Assembly (NCBI GenBank): GCA_036001425.1
Contig: DASYUI010000035.1
Span: 1,756 to 65,755, forward strand
DNA: 64,000 bases
Reading direction: 5' to 3'
DNA from: Actinomycetota bacterium
Lineage (GTDB): Bacteria; Actinomycetota; UBA4738; CALAEC01
In this document: positions 32,379 through 42,210 of the stretch, in pieces
How the letters are laid out: the number at the start of each line of letters is the position of its first letter
How positions within the stretch are numbered: position 1 is the stretch's first letter
Translations under genes and position numbers: made by a program
The notes under the pieces: model-generated
Databases searched by the model: none
What the model saw: the letters and a program-made list of their open reading frames with translations, nothing else
Told to the model about the DNA's origin: nothing

Positions 32379-35300
32379 ATGGCTCTCAGTCACAGGCTCC
32401 GCTCTTCTGGACGCACCCGTCTGGTTGCCGGCTTGGTCGTCACAGCAGCGGCCTTGGCCTATTCCCTGATCCTTGCTCCACGGGCATTCGCCGTCAGCAG
32501 CTGCAGCAACGATGGTGCCGGCAACCTCTTCGTGATCCTCAATGCGGCTGGTGACGACGCCAGGGTCGTGCTGCTCGCCGGGACCATCCAGGTCTTCGAC
32601 GCTCCGGCTGCAGACGGTACGGGCGGCACGCTGCTCGCATGTGGAGGAGCGACTCCCACCACGTCCAACATCAACACCATTCACTTCGTGTATGGGGGCG
32701 GGAACGGGGGGGACGAGCTCGTCTCCATCGACATGTCGGGCGGGGCCTTCCTCGACGCCACACCAGTCGGAGAGGGCGATCTCACTGAGGAGATCGAGTT
32801 CAACGTTCCCGACATGGGTCTGGGGGCCGACGCCCTCGTCATCATCGGCGGGGCGGGAGCTGACCGGATCACATTCGGAGCCGCGGGCATCAACCCGAAC
32901 ACCGATGCGAGCCCTCCTCCTCCGCCCTCTCCCCCCGACGACTCTGACGTGGACATCTTCCTGGCCAGCCCAGCCAATACCGAGACACACCGTGTGGACG
33001 CGGGGGCGGGCGCGGACGTCATAAGCGGCGCCGGAGACGCGGTTACGGGAGGCGCCTTCGCTTCGCCGCTCACGTTCGACGGAGGGACCGCTAACGACAC
33101 GCTGACCGGTGGCACCGCGGCCGACAACCTGTCGGGTGCGGCAGGCGACGACACCCTCAACGGTGGAACCGGGGCCGACACGCTCTCCGGAGGAGACAAC
33201 AACGACACCATCAGCGGCGGCGACGGCGCGGACGTCCTCGATGGGGGGAACGGCGACGACGACCTTACGGGGAACGAGCAAAACGATGCCATCGATGGGA
33301 GCGCCGGCGACGACGATCTGACTGGCGGTAACGGCGACGACACCCTCGACGGGGGGGCGGACGCCGACACGGTCAACGGTAGCGATGGGATAGACGTCCT
33401 CAGCGGAGGATCGGGGGGCGACACCGTTTCCGGAGGACCGGGCAACGACACCCTGGCCGGAGGACCGGGCAACGACACCCTGGCCGGTGGCGGCGACAAC
33501 GATACCGGCGATTACTCCGCCGCAGCGGGAGCGGTGACGGTCAACCTGACCACCGGTGTCGGTACGGGCGAGGGCGCCGACACGCTGACGGAGATAGAGA
33601 ACCTGACCGGCTCGGCCTTCGCCGACTCCCTCACCGGGGACAACAGCGTTGCGATCGGCAACCTGCTCCAGGGGGGCGCGGGCAACGACACCCTCGACGG
33701 AGCCGCCGGCACCGACAACGTGTCGGGAGGTTCCGGGAACGACACGCTCGACGGTGGTCTCGGGGCCGACACCTTCGCCGGGGGCTCCGAAACCGATACC
33801 GCTACCTATGCGGCCCGGGTGGCCACGGTATTCGTATCACTCGACGGCTCCCCCAACGACGGAGAAGCCCTTGAGGCTGACAACGTTGGGCTGGACATCG
33901 AACGAGTCGTCGGCGGCAGCGGCGACGACGAGCTGACCGGCGGAAGTGGCAACGACACGCTGGAGGGAGGACCGGGCCAGGACACGCTCGTGGGAGGAGC
34001 GGGTAACGACAGCTTCGACGGCGGCACCGGACTGGAAGACAAAGCCGACTACAACGCCGCCACCGGTTCAGTCACGGTGGACCTCTCCTTGGGAACCGCC
34101 AGCGGACAGGGCTCCGACACGCTTAGCGCCGTCGAAAACGTAACGGGTTCTCCCTTCGCCGACACTCTTGTCGGCGACAGTGTCGCCAATGACCTGTTGG
34201 GCGATGCCGGCAACGACACGCTGGTCGGCAGAGCGGGGAACGACGGCCTCGACGGAGGCCTCGGCACCGACACCGTCGACTACTCCTCTGCCGGGGGGGT
34301 CACGGTCAATCTGGCGACCGGGACCTCAACAGGCGACGGCGCGGACACCTTGACCTTGATTGAGAACGTCACCGGGTCTCCGGCCGACGATGTGATCACC
34401 AGCGACAACCTCACGACCAACACCAATCTTCTCTCCGCTGGGAACGGAAACGATGCCGTCGCTGGTGGCGATGGGGTGGAGATCATCCTCGGAGGAGCCG
34501 GCAACGACGTGCTCAGCGGCGGGGCCGAGAACGACAACATCGACGGCGAGCAAGGCCTTGACACTATGAACGGAGGCTTGGGTAACGATTCACTGGACGG
34601 TGGCGACGGCAACGACTCTCTGACAGGCGGAGCGGGCGACGACCCCCTCGACGGCGGCGCCGGAACCGACACGGCGTTCTACTCAGGCGCTGGAGCCCCG
34701 GTGAACGTGAACCTGGCCGCCGGAACGGCAACGGGCGGCGACGGGACCGACTCCCTCTCCCTGATCGAGAACGTAACCGGCTCTACCTTCGGCGACACCC
34801 TGACTGGCGACGGAGGGAACAACCTCCTTGCTGGAGGTGCGGGTGCCGACAACATGTCCGGGGCTGACGGCGACGATAGCCTCAACGGAGGACCGGGCCC
34901 CGACACCATGGACGGCGGAAACGGCGCCGACAGCCTCAACGGAGACACCGAGAATGACACACTGGTCGGCGGCGCCGGGAACGACTCTCTCGTCGGCGGG
35001 CTGCATATCGATTTCGCCGACTACTCGGGCTCCTCCTCTCCCATGACCGTGAATCTCGGGGCCGGGTCCGCTACCGGACAAGGAACGGACACGCTCGCCG
35101 GCGTCGAGAATGTCCTGGGTTCCGCCTTCGACGATGTCATCACCGGTGACGGACTGGGGAACGAACTCTCCTCCCTTGGCGGTAACGACGTCGTGGCGGG
35201 GGCCCTGGGCAACGACACGCTCTCCGGTGGCGGCGGAATCGATAATGTCGATTTCTCACCTTCGGCCACCCCAGTCACGGTCAACCTTGGGGCGGGGTCC

Positions 35301-38300
35301 GCGACGGGGGAAGGAACGGATAGCCTCTCGGGCTTCGAGAACGTCACCGGGTCGGCCTTTGGGGACACCCTGACCGGAGACGCACTGAACAACGTCCTGG
35401 CGGCCGGAGACGGAACGGACTCGCTGGACGGTGGTCTCGGGGATGACGCTTTGAATGGCGGAGCAGGAACCGACACGGCAGTCTTCACCGCCGCAACGAG
35501 CGGAGTCACGGTGAACCTATTCGCCGGGATCGCCATCGGTCAGGGCTCGGACACTCTCTCCGGGGTCGAAGACGTCATCGGCTCCAACTTCGCGGACGAT
35601 CTCCGCGGAAACCTCGGCCCCAACACACTTCACGGGGCAGACGGTGCCGACAGCCTGGAGGGCAATGCCGGCAACGACTTCCTGTTCGGCGGCGACCAGG
35701 CCGACATCCTGAACGGCGGCGACGGAAACGACTCTCTCGATGGAGAGAACCACAACGACGTGCTGGTCGGTGCGGCGAACGACGACAGCCTTACGGGAGG
35801 CATCGGCAGCGACACGGCCGACTACTCCACTGCTCCGGGGCTCATGACCGTGGACATCGATAACGGGACCGCGACCGGTCACGGTAACGACACTCTCACG
35901 ACCGTCGAGAACGTCACCGGGTCGGCTTTTGGGGACGATCTCCGAGGGGACGGAGGTCAGAACACCCTGAGCGGTGGAAGCGGGAACGACACCGTCGCGG
36001 GCCGCGACGGCGACGACTCGCTGGACGGCGGATCCGGCACGGACATCGCGGACTATTCGGAGGCGGGGGCCGGAGTCACCGTCGACCTGTCTGTCGGGAT
36101 AGCGCAGAACACGTTCGGCGCGGGCACCGACACCCTCTCAACGCTCGAGAACCTGACGGGTTCTGCGTTCAACGACACTCTGCGGGGCAACGCGTCGGCA
36201 AACGTCCTCGACGGTGGGTTCGGCGCCGACGACATGGCCGGAGGAGCGGGGACCGACACGGCGACTTACCAGAGCCGCGTCAGCTCAGTCACCGTGCTCA
36301 TCGACGGTCTTGCGAACGACGGCAACCCAGCGGCCGACGGCGGAGCAGACAACGTGAGGACCGACGTCGAGAACGTGATCGGGGGCGCCGGCGACGACAC
36401 CCTTATCGGAAGCCTCCTCGACAACGAGCTCCGCGGAGGTGCAGGCGAGGACACCTTGTCCGGCGGGACTGGCGTCGATGCGCTGTTCGGGGAGAACGGC
36501 AACGACGAGCTGGCGGGTGGAGCCGGCGCTGACCTGCTGGACGGCGGTGCGGACGACGACCAACTCTCAGGCGGAACCGAGGACGACTCTCTCCAGGGCG
36601 GTTCCGGCATCGACACCATGGACGGCGGCACGGGCAACGACTCCCTGGTCGGCGGGGCAGATGGCGACCTCCTGGATGGCGGCGATGGGAACGACTCGCT
36701 CGACGGCGGGGAAGGCATCGACGATCTCTCCGGTGGGATCGGCGACGACATCATCAGCGGCGGCCCCGCGGCTGACGTCTTCGCCGGCGGCAGCGGCCGT
36801 GACACTGCGACGTATGAGACGCGCACAGAGTCGGTGAAGGTTACCCTCGACGGCCTCGCGGACGACGGGACCGACCTGACACTCGACGGAGTCTCTGAGG
36901 AAGGCGACAACGTTCCCACCGACATCGAGGACGTGATCGGTGGGCTCGGCGACGACCACCTGATCGGCAACGACCTGGTGGATAACGGACTCTCCGGCGG
37001 AGGTGGTACCGACATCCTCGAGGGTCTCGGCGGAAACGATACCCTCGATGGAGGCGCGGGAGACGATCAGTCTTCGCCAGCCATCCTCGGCGGACCCGGA
37101 GATGACACGCTCATGGGCGGCCTGGGCAACGACACCCTTGACGGAGGTCCGGGCATCGACAGCGTCAGTGGTGGAACCGGGAACGACACCCTGATCGGTG
37201 ACGAGGGGGCGGACACGCTGTCCGGCGGTGCGGGGCCGGACGACCATGCCGACTACTCCAGCAGGGCGGCCCCTCTGGCCATCTCGCTCGACGGTGTGGC
37301 AAACGACGGCTCCGACTTCGACTTCGATGGCGTCGGCGACGAGGGTGACAACGTGGCGATCGATGTCGAGAACGTGACCGGCGGATCCGGAGACGACATC
37401 ATCACGGGAAGCCTCCTGGCCAACGATCTGTTCGCCGGACCGGGCAACGATGTCATCGATGGTGGCTTGGGAACCGATGTCCTCGCCGGAGGCCCCGGAG
37501 TGGACACTGCCAGCTACAGGACCCGCGCGGCGGCTTTGAACGTCAGCCTGGACGCCGTTGCAAACGACGGCCAGGCCGGGGAGAACGACGCGGTCGGCGT
37601 TGCTACTGGTGATCTCGCGGACGACCCCGACATCGAGAACGTGATCGGCGGTGCGGGCAGCGACTCCATCACGGGCAGCACTGTGGGAGCCCCAAACACG
37701 ACACCCAACCAGCTCGAGGGTGGCGCCGGAAACGACACCATCGACGGTGGCGATGGGGACGACCTCCTGTTCGGTGGGCTGGTAGCGTCTCCGACTCCCC
37801 CGCCGGCGGATGGGAACGACCTACTGGTCGGCGGTCTCGGGGACGACGATCTCCGGGGCGGCCTCAACAACGACAGCCTGTCGGGCGGCGATGGGGACGA
37901 CTCCCTCCTGCCGGGACTCGGGGACGACTCCGTCGACGGTGGGGCGCATCTCGTCGAAGGGGACACGGTCTCCTTCGCTGGCGCGGCCGGGCCCGGGGGC
38001 GTCACGGTCAACCTCCTGGACAACCCCGCCACCCCGACCGTCGAGGGGACGGCGACCGGAGAGGGAACCGATTCTCTCGCCATCGGCACCATCGAAAACG
38101 TGGTCGGGTCTAACTTCGCCGACATAATCCGCGCTGACAGCGTAGCGAACGTCCTGACCGGTGGATCGGGAGCCGACCTGCTCGACGGACGCGGCCAGAA
38201 CGACACCCTGTCCGGTGGCGCCGGCAACGACGATCTGTTCGGACGCTCAGGCAACGACACCCTGAACGGCGGCTCCGGCGCCGACCTGCTCGTCGGCGAG

Positions 38301-38678
38301 AGCGGGCGCGACGACCTGAATGCGGGCGCCGGCAGCGGCGACGTGCTGAAGGGCGGTACGGATGAAGACGACCTCAACGGCGGAGACGGTGCCGACCTCC
38401 TCGACGGCGGACCACAGGCCGACGTCCTGAACGGCGGCGAAGGGACCGGTGCCGACATCCTGCGGGGTGGCGACGGCGCTGACGACCTGCTCGGTGGGTC
38501 TGGCCGCGACGACCTCTTCGGCGAGGGCGGGAACGACGACCTGTTCGGCAACCGAGGGCCCGACGACCTCGACGGCGGGGCGGGCAACGACGATCTGAAT
38601 GGGGGTCCGGGGAACGACCGGTGCGCACAGCGCGGGGGTTCGGGCGCCGAGATCTCCTGCGAGGCGCCACTCCCCTGA
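32379..38678 (+). CDS. giant (2099 aa) RTX-type calcium-binding repeat protein with N-terminal Sec signal
   Basis: RBS GAAGGAGG. Signal 'RLVAGLVVTAAALAYSLILAPRAFA'. Dozens of GGxGxD nonapeptides ('GGAGNDTLDGG'). Recurrent modules of the form 'ADYS...VTVNL..G.ATG.G.DTL..IENV.GS.F.D.L.GD'. Confidence 0.95.
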   Translation: MALSHRLRSSGRTRLVAGLVVTAAALAYSLILAPRAFAVSSCSNDGAGNLFVILNAAGDDARVVLLAGTIQVFDAPAADGTGGTLLACGGATPTTSNINTIHFVYGGGNGGDELVSIDMSGGAFLDATPVGEGDLTEEIEFNVPDMGLGADALVIIGGAGADRITFGAAGINPNTDASPPPPPSPPDDSDVDIFLASPANTETHRVDAGAGADVISGAGDAVTGGAFASPLTFDGGTANDTLTGGTAADNLSGAAGDDTLNGGTGADTLSGGDNNDTISGGDGADVLDGGNGDDDLTGNEQNDAIDGSAGDDDLTGGNGDDTLDGGADADTVNGSDGIDVLSGGSGGDTVSGGPGNDTLAGGPGNDTLAGGGDNDTGDYSAAAGAVTVNLTTGVGTGEGADTLTEIENLTGSAFADSLTGDNSVAIGNLLQGGAGNDTLDGAAGTDNVSGGSGNDTLDGGLGADTFAGGSETDTATYAARVATVFVSLDGSPNDGEALEADNVGLDIERVVGGSGDDELTGGSGNDTLEGGPGQDTLVGGAGNDSFDGGTGLEDKADYNAATGSVTVDLSLGTASGQGSDTLSAVENVTGSPFADTLVGDSVANDLLGDAGNDTLVGRAGNDGLDGGLGTDTVDYSSAGGVTVNLATGTSTGDGADTLTLIENVTGSPADDVITSDNLTTNTNLLSAGNGNDAVAGGDGVEIILGGAGNDVLSGGAENDNIDGEQGLDTMNGGLGNDSLDGGDGNDSLTGGAGDDPLDGGAGTDTAFYSGAGAPVNVNLAAGTATGGDGTDSLSLIENVTGSTFGDTLTGDGGNNLLAGGAGADNMSGADGDDSLNGGPGPDTMDGGNGADSLNGDTENDTLVGGAGNDSLVGGLHIDFADYSGSSSPMTVNLGAGSATGQGTDTLAGVENVLGSAFDDVITGDGLGNELSSLGGNDVVAGALGNDTLSGGGGIDNVDFSPSATPVTVNLGAGSATGEGTDSLSGFENVTGSAFGDTLTGDALNNVLAAGDGTDSLDGGLGDDALNGGAGTDTAVFTAATSGVTVNLFAGIAIGQGSDTLSGVEDVIGSNFADDLRGNLGPNTLHGADGADSLEGNAGNDFLFGGDQADILNGGDGNDSLDGENHNDVLVGAANDDSLTGGIGSDTADYSTAPGLMTVDIDNGTATGHGNDTLTTVENVTGSAFGDDLRGDGGQNTLSGGSGNDTVAGRDGDDSLDGGSGTDIADYSEAGAGVTVDLSVGIAQNTFGAGTDTLSTLENLTGSAFNDTLRGNASANVLDGGFGADDMAGGAGTDTATYQSRVSSVTVLIDGLANDGNPAADGGADNVRTDVENVIGGAGDDTLIGSLLDNELRGGAGEDTLSGGTGVDALFGENGNDELAGGAGADLLDGGADDDQLSGGTEDDSLQGGSGIDTMDGGTGNDSLVGGADGDLLDGGDGNDSLDGGEGIDDLSGGIGDDIISGGPAADVFAGGSGRDTATYETRTESVKVTLDGLADDGTDLTLDGVSEEGDNVPTDIEDVIGGLGDDHLIGNDLVDNGLSGGGGTDILEGLGGNDTLDGGAGDDQSSPAILGGPGDDTLMGGLGNDTLDGGPGIDSVSGGTGNDTLIGDEGADTLSGGAGPDDHADYSSRAAPLAISLDGVANDGSDFDFDGVGDEGDNVAIDVENVTGGSGDDIITGSLLANDLFAGPGNDVIDGGLGTDVLAGGPGVDTASYRTRAAALNVSLDAVANDGQAGENDAVGVATGDLADDPDIENVIGGAGSDSITGSTVGAPNTTPNQLEGGAGNDTIDGGDGDDLLFGGLVASPTPPPADGNDLLVGGLGDDDLRGGLNNDSLSGGDGDDSLLPGLGDDSVDGGAHLVEGDTVSFAGAAGPGGVTVNLLDNPATPTVEGTATGEGTDSLAIGTIENVVGSNFADIIRADSVANVLTGGSGADLLDGRGQNDTLSGGAGNDDLFGRSGNDTLNGGSGADLLVGESGRDDLNAGAGSGDVLKGGTDEDDLNGGDGADLLDGGPQADVLNGGEGTGADILRGGDGADDLLGGSGRDDLFGEGGNDDLFGNRGPDDLDGGAGNDDLNGGPGNDRCAQRGGSGAEISCEAPLP

Positions 38679-38698
38679 CGCCTGGAGCCTGACGGGAA

Positions 38699-38727
38699 GA
38701 GGGGCCGCTCCGATGGGGCGGTCCCTC
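38699..38727 (+). terminator. hairpin after the RTX gene
   Basis: GAGGGGCCGC (38699-38708) pairs with GCGGTCCCTC (38718-38727) as 10 bp with one G-U. The loop is 9 nt and CCCTTTCTCC follows. Confidence 0.45.
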
Positions 38728-38751
38728 CCCTTTCTCCGGGATAATTGATCC

Positions 38752-39363
38752 GTGCAAGGCAAGCATCCCGGAGATCCCTGGGAAGACTTCTTCGGCTCAC
38801 GGGACGGCGCACCGGAGGGCGCTCGGGAGCTGTTCATCTCAGCCCTGAGCCGGCTGCCGGAGCCGCCGTTTCCCCACGACAGCCTGGAGCGCGCATGTCG
38901 CTCGCTTCGAGGCGCGCTCCGATGGGGGGAGCCTCCCTGCGACCTGCTCCTCGCAGCGGGAGGACTGGAGGCGGAGCGGCTCCCCCGGGAGGACCTCGAC
39001 CTCTGGATGATGCTGGCGGCGGGAACCATCTCCCCCCGCCGGCCGATCCCCGGCCAGATCTCGACGGCTTGGGACGAGCTCGATGACGCCGATTGGCTTG
39101 GCGCGACGCTCTACATGGCCCGCGGAGGCCCGGGCACCCCAACCATGCCCGGCGACCTTCTCTCGGGCATCGTCCTCTGTCCCGAGACGCGTGGCGACAT
39201 CGATACCCAGCACGCCCGAGCCATCACCCAGGCGTTCGAGGCCGTCGGGCCCCTGTGGCGAGTGCTGGGAGTCGTGGGCTCCGCTCAGGAGGGACGGCCG
39301 CTGACCACGTTGGGCCACTGGGGGCTACCCCTCGCGCTCCTCCGGGCGTGGGAGGCGCGCTGA
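38752..39363 (+). CDS. hypothetical protein
   Basis: ORF with GTG start and protein-like composition ('DPWEDFFGSRDG...DLWMMLAAGTISP...DADWLGATLYMARGG'). No recognisable motif. Confidence 0.45.
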   Translation: MQGKHPGDPWEDFFGSRDGAPEGARELFISALSRLPEPPFPHDSLERACRSLRGALRWGEPPCDLLLAAGGLEAERLPREDLDLWMMLAAGTISPRRPIPGQISTAWDELDDADWLGATLYMARGGPGTPTMPGDLLSGIVLCPETRGDIDTQHARAITQAFEAVGPLWRVLGVVGSAQEGRPLTTLGHWGLPLALLRAWEAR

Positions 39364-39385
39364 GCGCCGCCCGCGGAGCCCGATC

Positions 39386-39907
39386 CTATGCGTGGGCCTC
39401 GACCGATTCCTCGAGCAGGTCGATCTGGGCGAGCGGCTCCTCACCCACCGGCGGCCGTGCGCTCCATGGGAAGTCGATCCACCGCTCGGTGCGGCGCCAC
39501 ACGTACTCGCAGGACACCACCGACCGGGGCTTCTCGTAGAGGACAGCGCATCGGACCTCTCCCACCTTCCCCTCGCAGAACTGCTTCACGACGGCGAGGG
39601 TCTGGCCCGTGTCGGCCACGTCGTCCCCGATGAGGACCCTGGATTCCAGGAGATCCACGAACTCGGGAACCGGCGGAAGGATCATGGGCACCGGGAGCCG
39701 CTCGTCCACGTCCGTGTAGAACTCCACGTTCATGGTGTACAGATTCTTCACCCCGAGGACGTACCCGAGGGCTCCGGCGACCAGGAGCCCGCCGCGAGCG
39801 ATGGCCAGGATGATGTCGGGGCGATACCCGTCGCCGTGCACCATCTCAGCGAGGGCCCTGGCTCCGGTTCCCAGGTCGTCCCAGGACATCTCCTCGCGCT
39901 CGGGCAT
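39386..39907 (-). CDS. purine (xanthine/hypoxanthine-guanine-type) phosphoribosyltransferase
   Basis: 'DIILAIARGGLLVAGALGY' and the PRPP motif 'RVLIGDDVADTGQTL'. ATG 39907 is preceded by GGAGGAG. The rest of ORF 39386..40687 is artefact. Confidence 0.85.
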   Translation of the reverse strand: MPEREEMSWDDLGTGARALAEMVHGDGYRPDIILAIARGGLLVAGALGYVLGVKNLYTMNVEFYTDVDERLPVPMILPPVPEFVDLLESRVLIGDDVADTGQTLAVVKQFCEGKVGEVRCAVLYEKPRSVVSCEYVWRRTERWIDFPWSARPPVGEEPLAQIDLLEESVEAHA

Positions 39908-40060
39908 GGCGTCTCCTCCCCCCAGTGGTCGAGGCCAGCGTAGCGTGCCGATCCGGGGACCGAAGGATCGCCAGGAAATCAGTTCGCCAAATCTCGCGGC
40001 CAGGGCGGACGAGGGGTTGCGCCTGACCCTGGCGGAACGCCGGCCCCTAGACTGGACCCC

Positions 40061-40852
40061 ATGTCGCTGGATGGACCCACCTCCGCCTACGCCCGAGCCG
40101 CGGTGGATCGGCTCCGCAGGCTCCTCGGGGACGGCCTGCTCGGCGTGTACCTCCTCGGTTCGGGATCGATGGGAGGGTTTGATCCGAGGATGAGCGATGT
40201 GGACCTGGCCGCGGTCGTGACCAAGACGCTCAGTCGGGAACAGAAACGAGCGGTGGTGCGAGGGCTGTCTCACCCAGCCCTCCCCTGCCCCGTCCGGAAG
40301 TTGGAGCTGGTGATGTACGGAGCCGAGGCGGTGAGAGGACGGTCCCCCAGCCTGGGCTGGGAGCTCAATCTGAACACCGGACCCGAGGTCGGCGTCGACG
40401 CCTCGCTCGACCCGCCCAAGGAGGCCGGGCACTGGTTCGTCCTGGACGTGGCCATTGCCCGGCAGCACGCGCGCCCTCTCTTCGGGCCTCCTCCTCGGAC
40501 GGTGTTCGGTGAGATCGACGAGGACCGGGTGCTCCGCGCGCTCATCGGATCGATCCGGTGGCACCGACGGAGGGATCCCCAGGGGATCCAGAGCGTTCTC
40601 AACGCGTGTCGGGCCTGGCGCTGGAGCGAGGAGGGAACGTGGGCGCCGAAGCCGGCCGCCGCGCGGTGGGCACGCGCTCGCGCCCACGACACCACCGCGA
40701 TCGACGCGGCCATCGCTGCCCGCGAAGACGATGGCAGCTCTCCCCTCGACGGTGAGGCGGTCGAACGTTTCGTGACGGACATCGAACGGCGCCTCGAGGG
40801 CGCCCGGAGGGAGGTTGAGTGGAGCCGAAGCGCATCATCCGGACGTACCTGA
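40061..40852 (+). CDS. nucleotidyltransferase, aminoglycoside adenylyltransferase (ANT(3'')/AadA)-like
   Basis: 'GVYLLGSGSMGGFDPRMSDVDLAAVV' is a NTase fold (GS...D.D). The C-terminal half, 'VLNACRAWRWSEEGTWAPKPAAARWA', resembles the AadA C-domain. Confidence 0.7.
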   Translation: MSLDGPTSAYARAAVDRLRRLLGDGLLGVYLLGSGSMGGFDPRMSDVDLAAVVTKTLSREQKRAVVRGLSHPALPCPVRKLELVMYGAEAVRGRSPSLGWELNLNTGPEVGVDASLDPPKEAGHWFVLDVAIARQHARPLFGPPPRTVFGEIDEDRVLRALIGSIRWHRRRDPQGIQSVLNACRAWRWSEEGTWAPKPAAARWARARAHDTTAIDAAIAAREDDGSSPLDGEAVERFVTDIERRLEGARREVEWSRSASSGRT

Positions 40853-42111
40853 CCATCACAGCGCTGTTCACGCTGTCGGCCTCCCTGATCTGGGGGATCA
40901 ACACGCTGTTCCTTCTCGACGCGGGCCTCGACATCTTCGAGGTGTTCGTGGCCAATGCCGCCTTTACCGCCGCGATGGCCCTCTTCGAGGTCCCCACCGG
41001 CGTCGTCGCCGACACCAGGGGTCGTCGCATCTCGTTTCTCCTCAGTGAGGCGGTTCTGGTGGTGGGAACGCTGGCGTACGTCGGCGTGGCTGCCATCCAC
41101 GGAGGCCTCCTGCTCTTCTCGCTGGCCGGGGTGATCCTTGGGCTCGGCTACACCTTCTATTCCGGAGCCGTCGAAGCCTGGCTGGTGGATGCCCTGCGGG
41201 CCACCGGCTTCCGCGGAGAGCTGGACCGCGTGTTCGCCAGAGGCGGGATGGTCTCCGGAGCGGCGACGCTCGTGGGAACGGTCGCCGGCGGGGTGATCGG
41301 GAGCATCGATCTCTCGATCCCCTACCTGGTGCGTTCGGCCCTTCTCGCGGGAGCGTTCGCGGTCGGGTTCTCGATGATGCACGACCTCGGCTTCACTCCG
41401 CGGACCCTTCGCCTTCGCGGCATCACGGTCGAGATGCGCAAGGTCGCTCGGGCCGGAATCACTTACGGGTGGCGCGTCCCCTCCGTACGCCTCCTGGTAC
41501 TGGGATCGTTCGTGACCCTGGGGTTCTTCTTCTGGGCCTGGTACGCATGGCCGCCGTACTTCCTCGACCTCCTGGGACGCGACCTGGTGTGGGTGGTTGG
41601 GGTGATCGCCGCGCTCTTCTCTCTAGCGCAGATCTGCGGCAACGCTCTGGTCGGCCGACTGGTCCGACCGGGGATTCGTCGGACCACCATCCTCATCACC
41701 GGGAGCGGTGTGCTGACCGCAGCGATGGTGGCCGTCGGCACCATCCAACTCTTCTGGGTGGCCGTCCCGATGTTCCTCCTGGCGGCGGTCGTGGCCGGGT
41801 TTCTCTTTCCGGTCCGTCAGACGTATCTGCACGCCGTGATCCCCACGGAGCAGCGCGCCACGCTCGTCTCCTTCGACGCCCTCTTGGGGAGCCTGGGCAG
41901 CGTTGGGGGCCAGACGGGACTGGGCTACCTCTCCAGAGTCCGCTCGATCCCGGACGGGTTCGTCGTGGGCGGCCTTGCCACGGGGATCGTCGTTCCCCTC
42001 TACCTCTTGCTACGCGCCCGCAGCGACCAGGCAGACGTCGTGAGAGGTGAGCCGGTCCCTGAAGCGGAGCACATTCCGGGAGAGGCACCCGGCGGCCCGC
42101 CCCCGCGGTAA
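40819..42111 (+). CDS. MFS transporter
   Basis: About 12 predicted hydrophobic helices. Loop motif 'GVVADTRGRRISF' (MFS D-R/K-x-G-R-R/K). GTG preceded by GGGAGG. Confidence 0.85.
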   Translation: MEPKRIIRTYLTITALFTLSASLIWGINTLFLLDAGLDIFEVFVANAAFTAAMALFEVPTGVVADTRGRRISFLLSEAVLVVGTLAYVGVAAIHGGLLLFSLAGVILGLGYTFYSGAVEAWLVDALRATGFRGELDRVFARGGMVSGAATLVGTVAGGVIGSIDLSIPYLVRSALLAGAFAVGFSMMHDLGFTPRTLRLRGITVEMRKVARAGITYGWRVPSVRLLVLGSFVTLGFFFWAWYAWPPYFLDLLGRDLVWVVGVIAALFSLAQICGNALVGRLVRPGIRRTTILITGSGVLTAAMVAVGTIQLFWVAVPMFLLAAVVAGFLFPVRQTYLHAVIPTEQRATLVSFDALLGSLGSVGGQTGLGYLSRVRSIPDGFVVGGLATGIVVPLYLLLRARSDQADVVRGEPVPEAEHIPGEAPGGPPPR

Positions 42112-42210
42112 CAGTCAGGCAAGCGGCGACTCTATGAGCCCGCGCCGGATCCTGACCGCTACAGGCTGGGCCCGACGGTCAGGCCCTCCGACTTGTCTGT
42201 TTCCGCGTAC

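Noticed and set aside
32292-39029. Many minus-strand ORFs (up to 432 aa) and alternative plus-frame ORFs inside the RTX gene
   Set aside because: They are Ser/Pro/Ala-rich mirror translations of GGxGxD repeats. Only the 2099-aa frame has an RBS, a signal peptide and coherent repeats.
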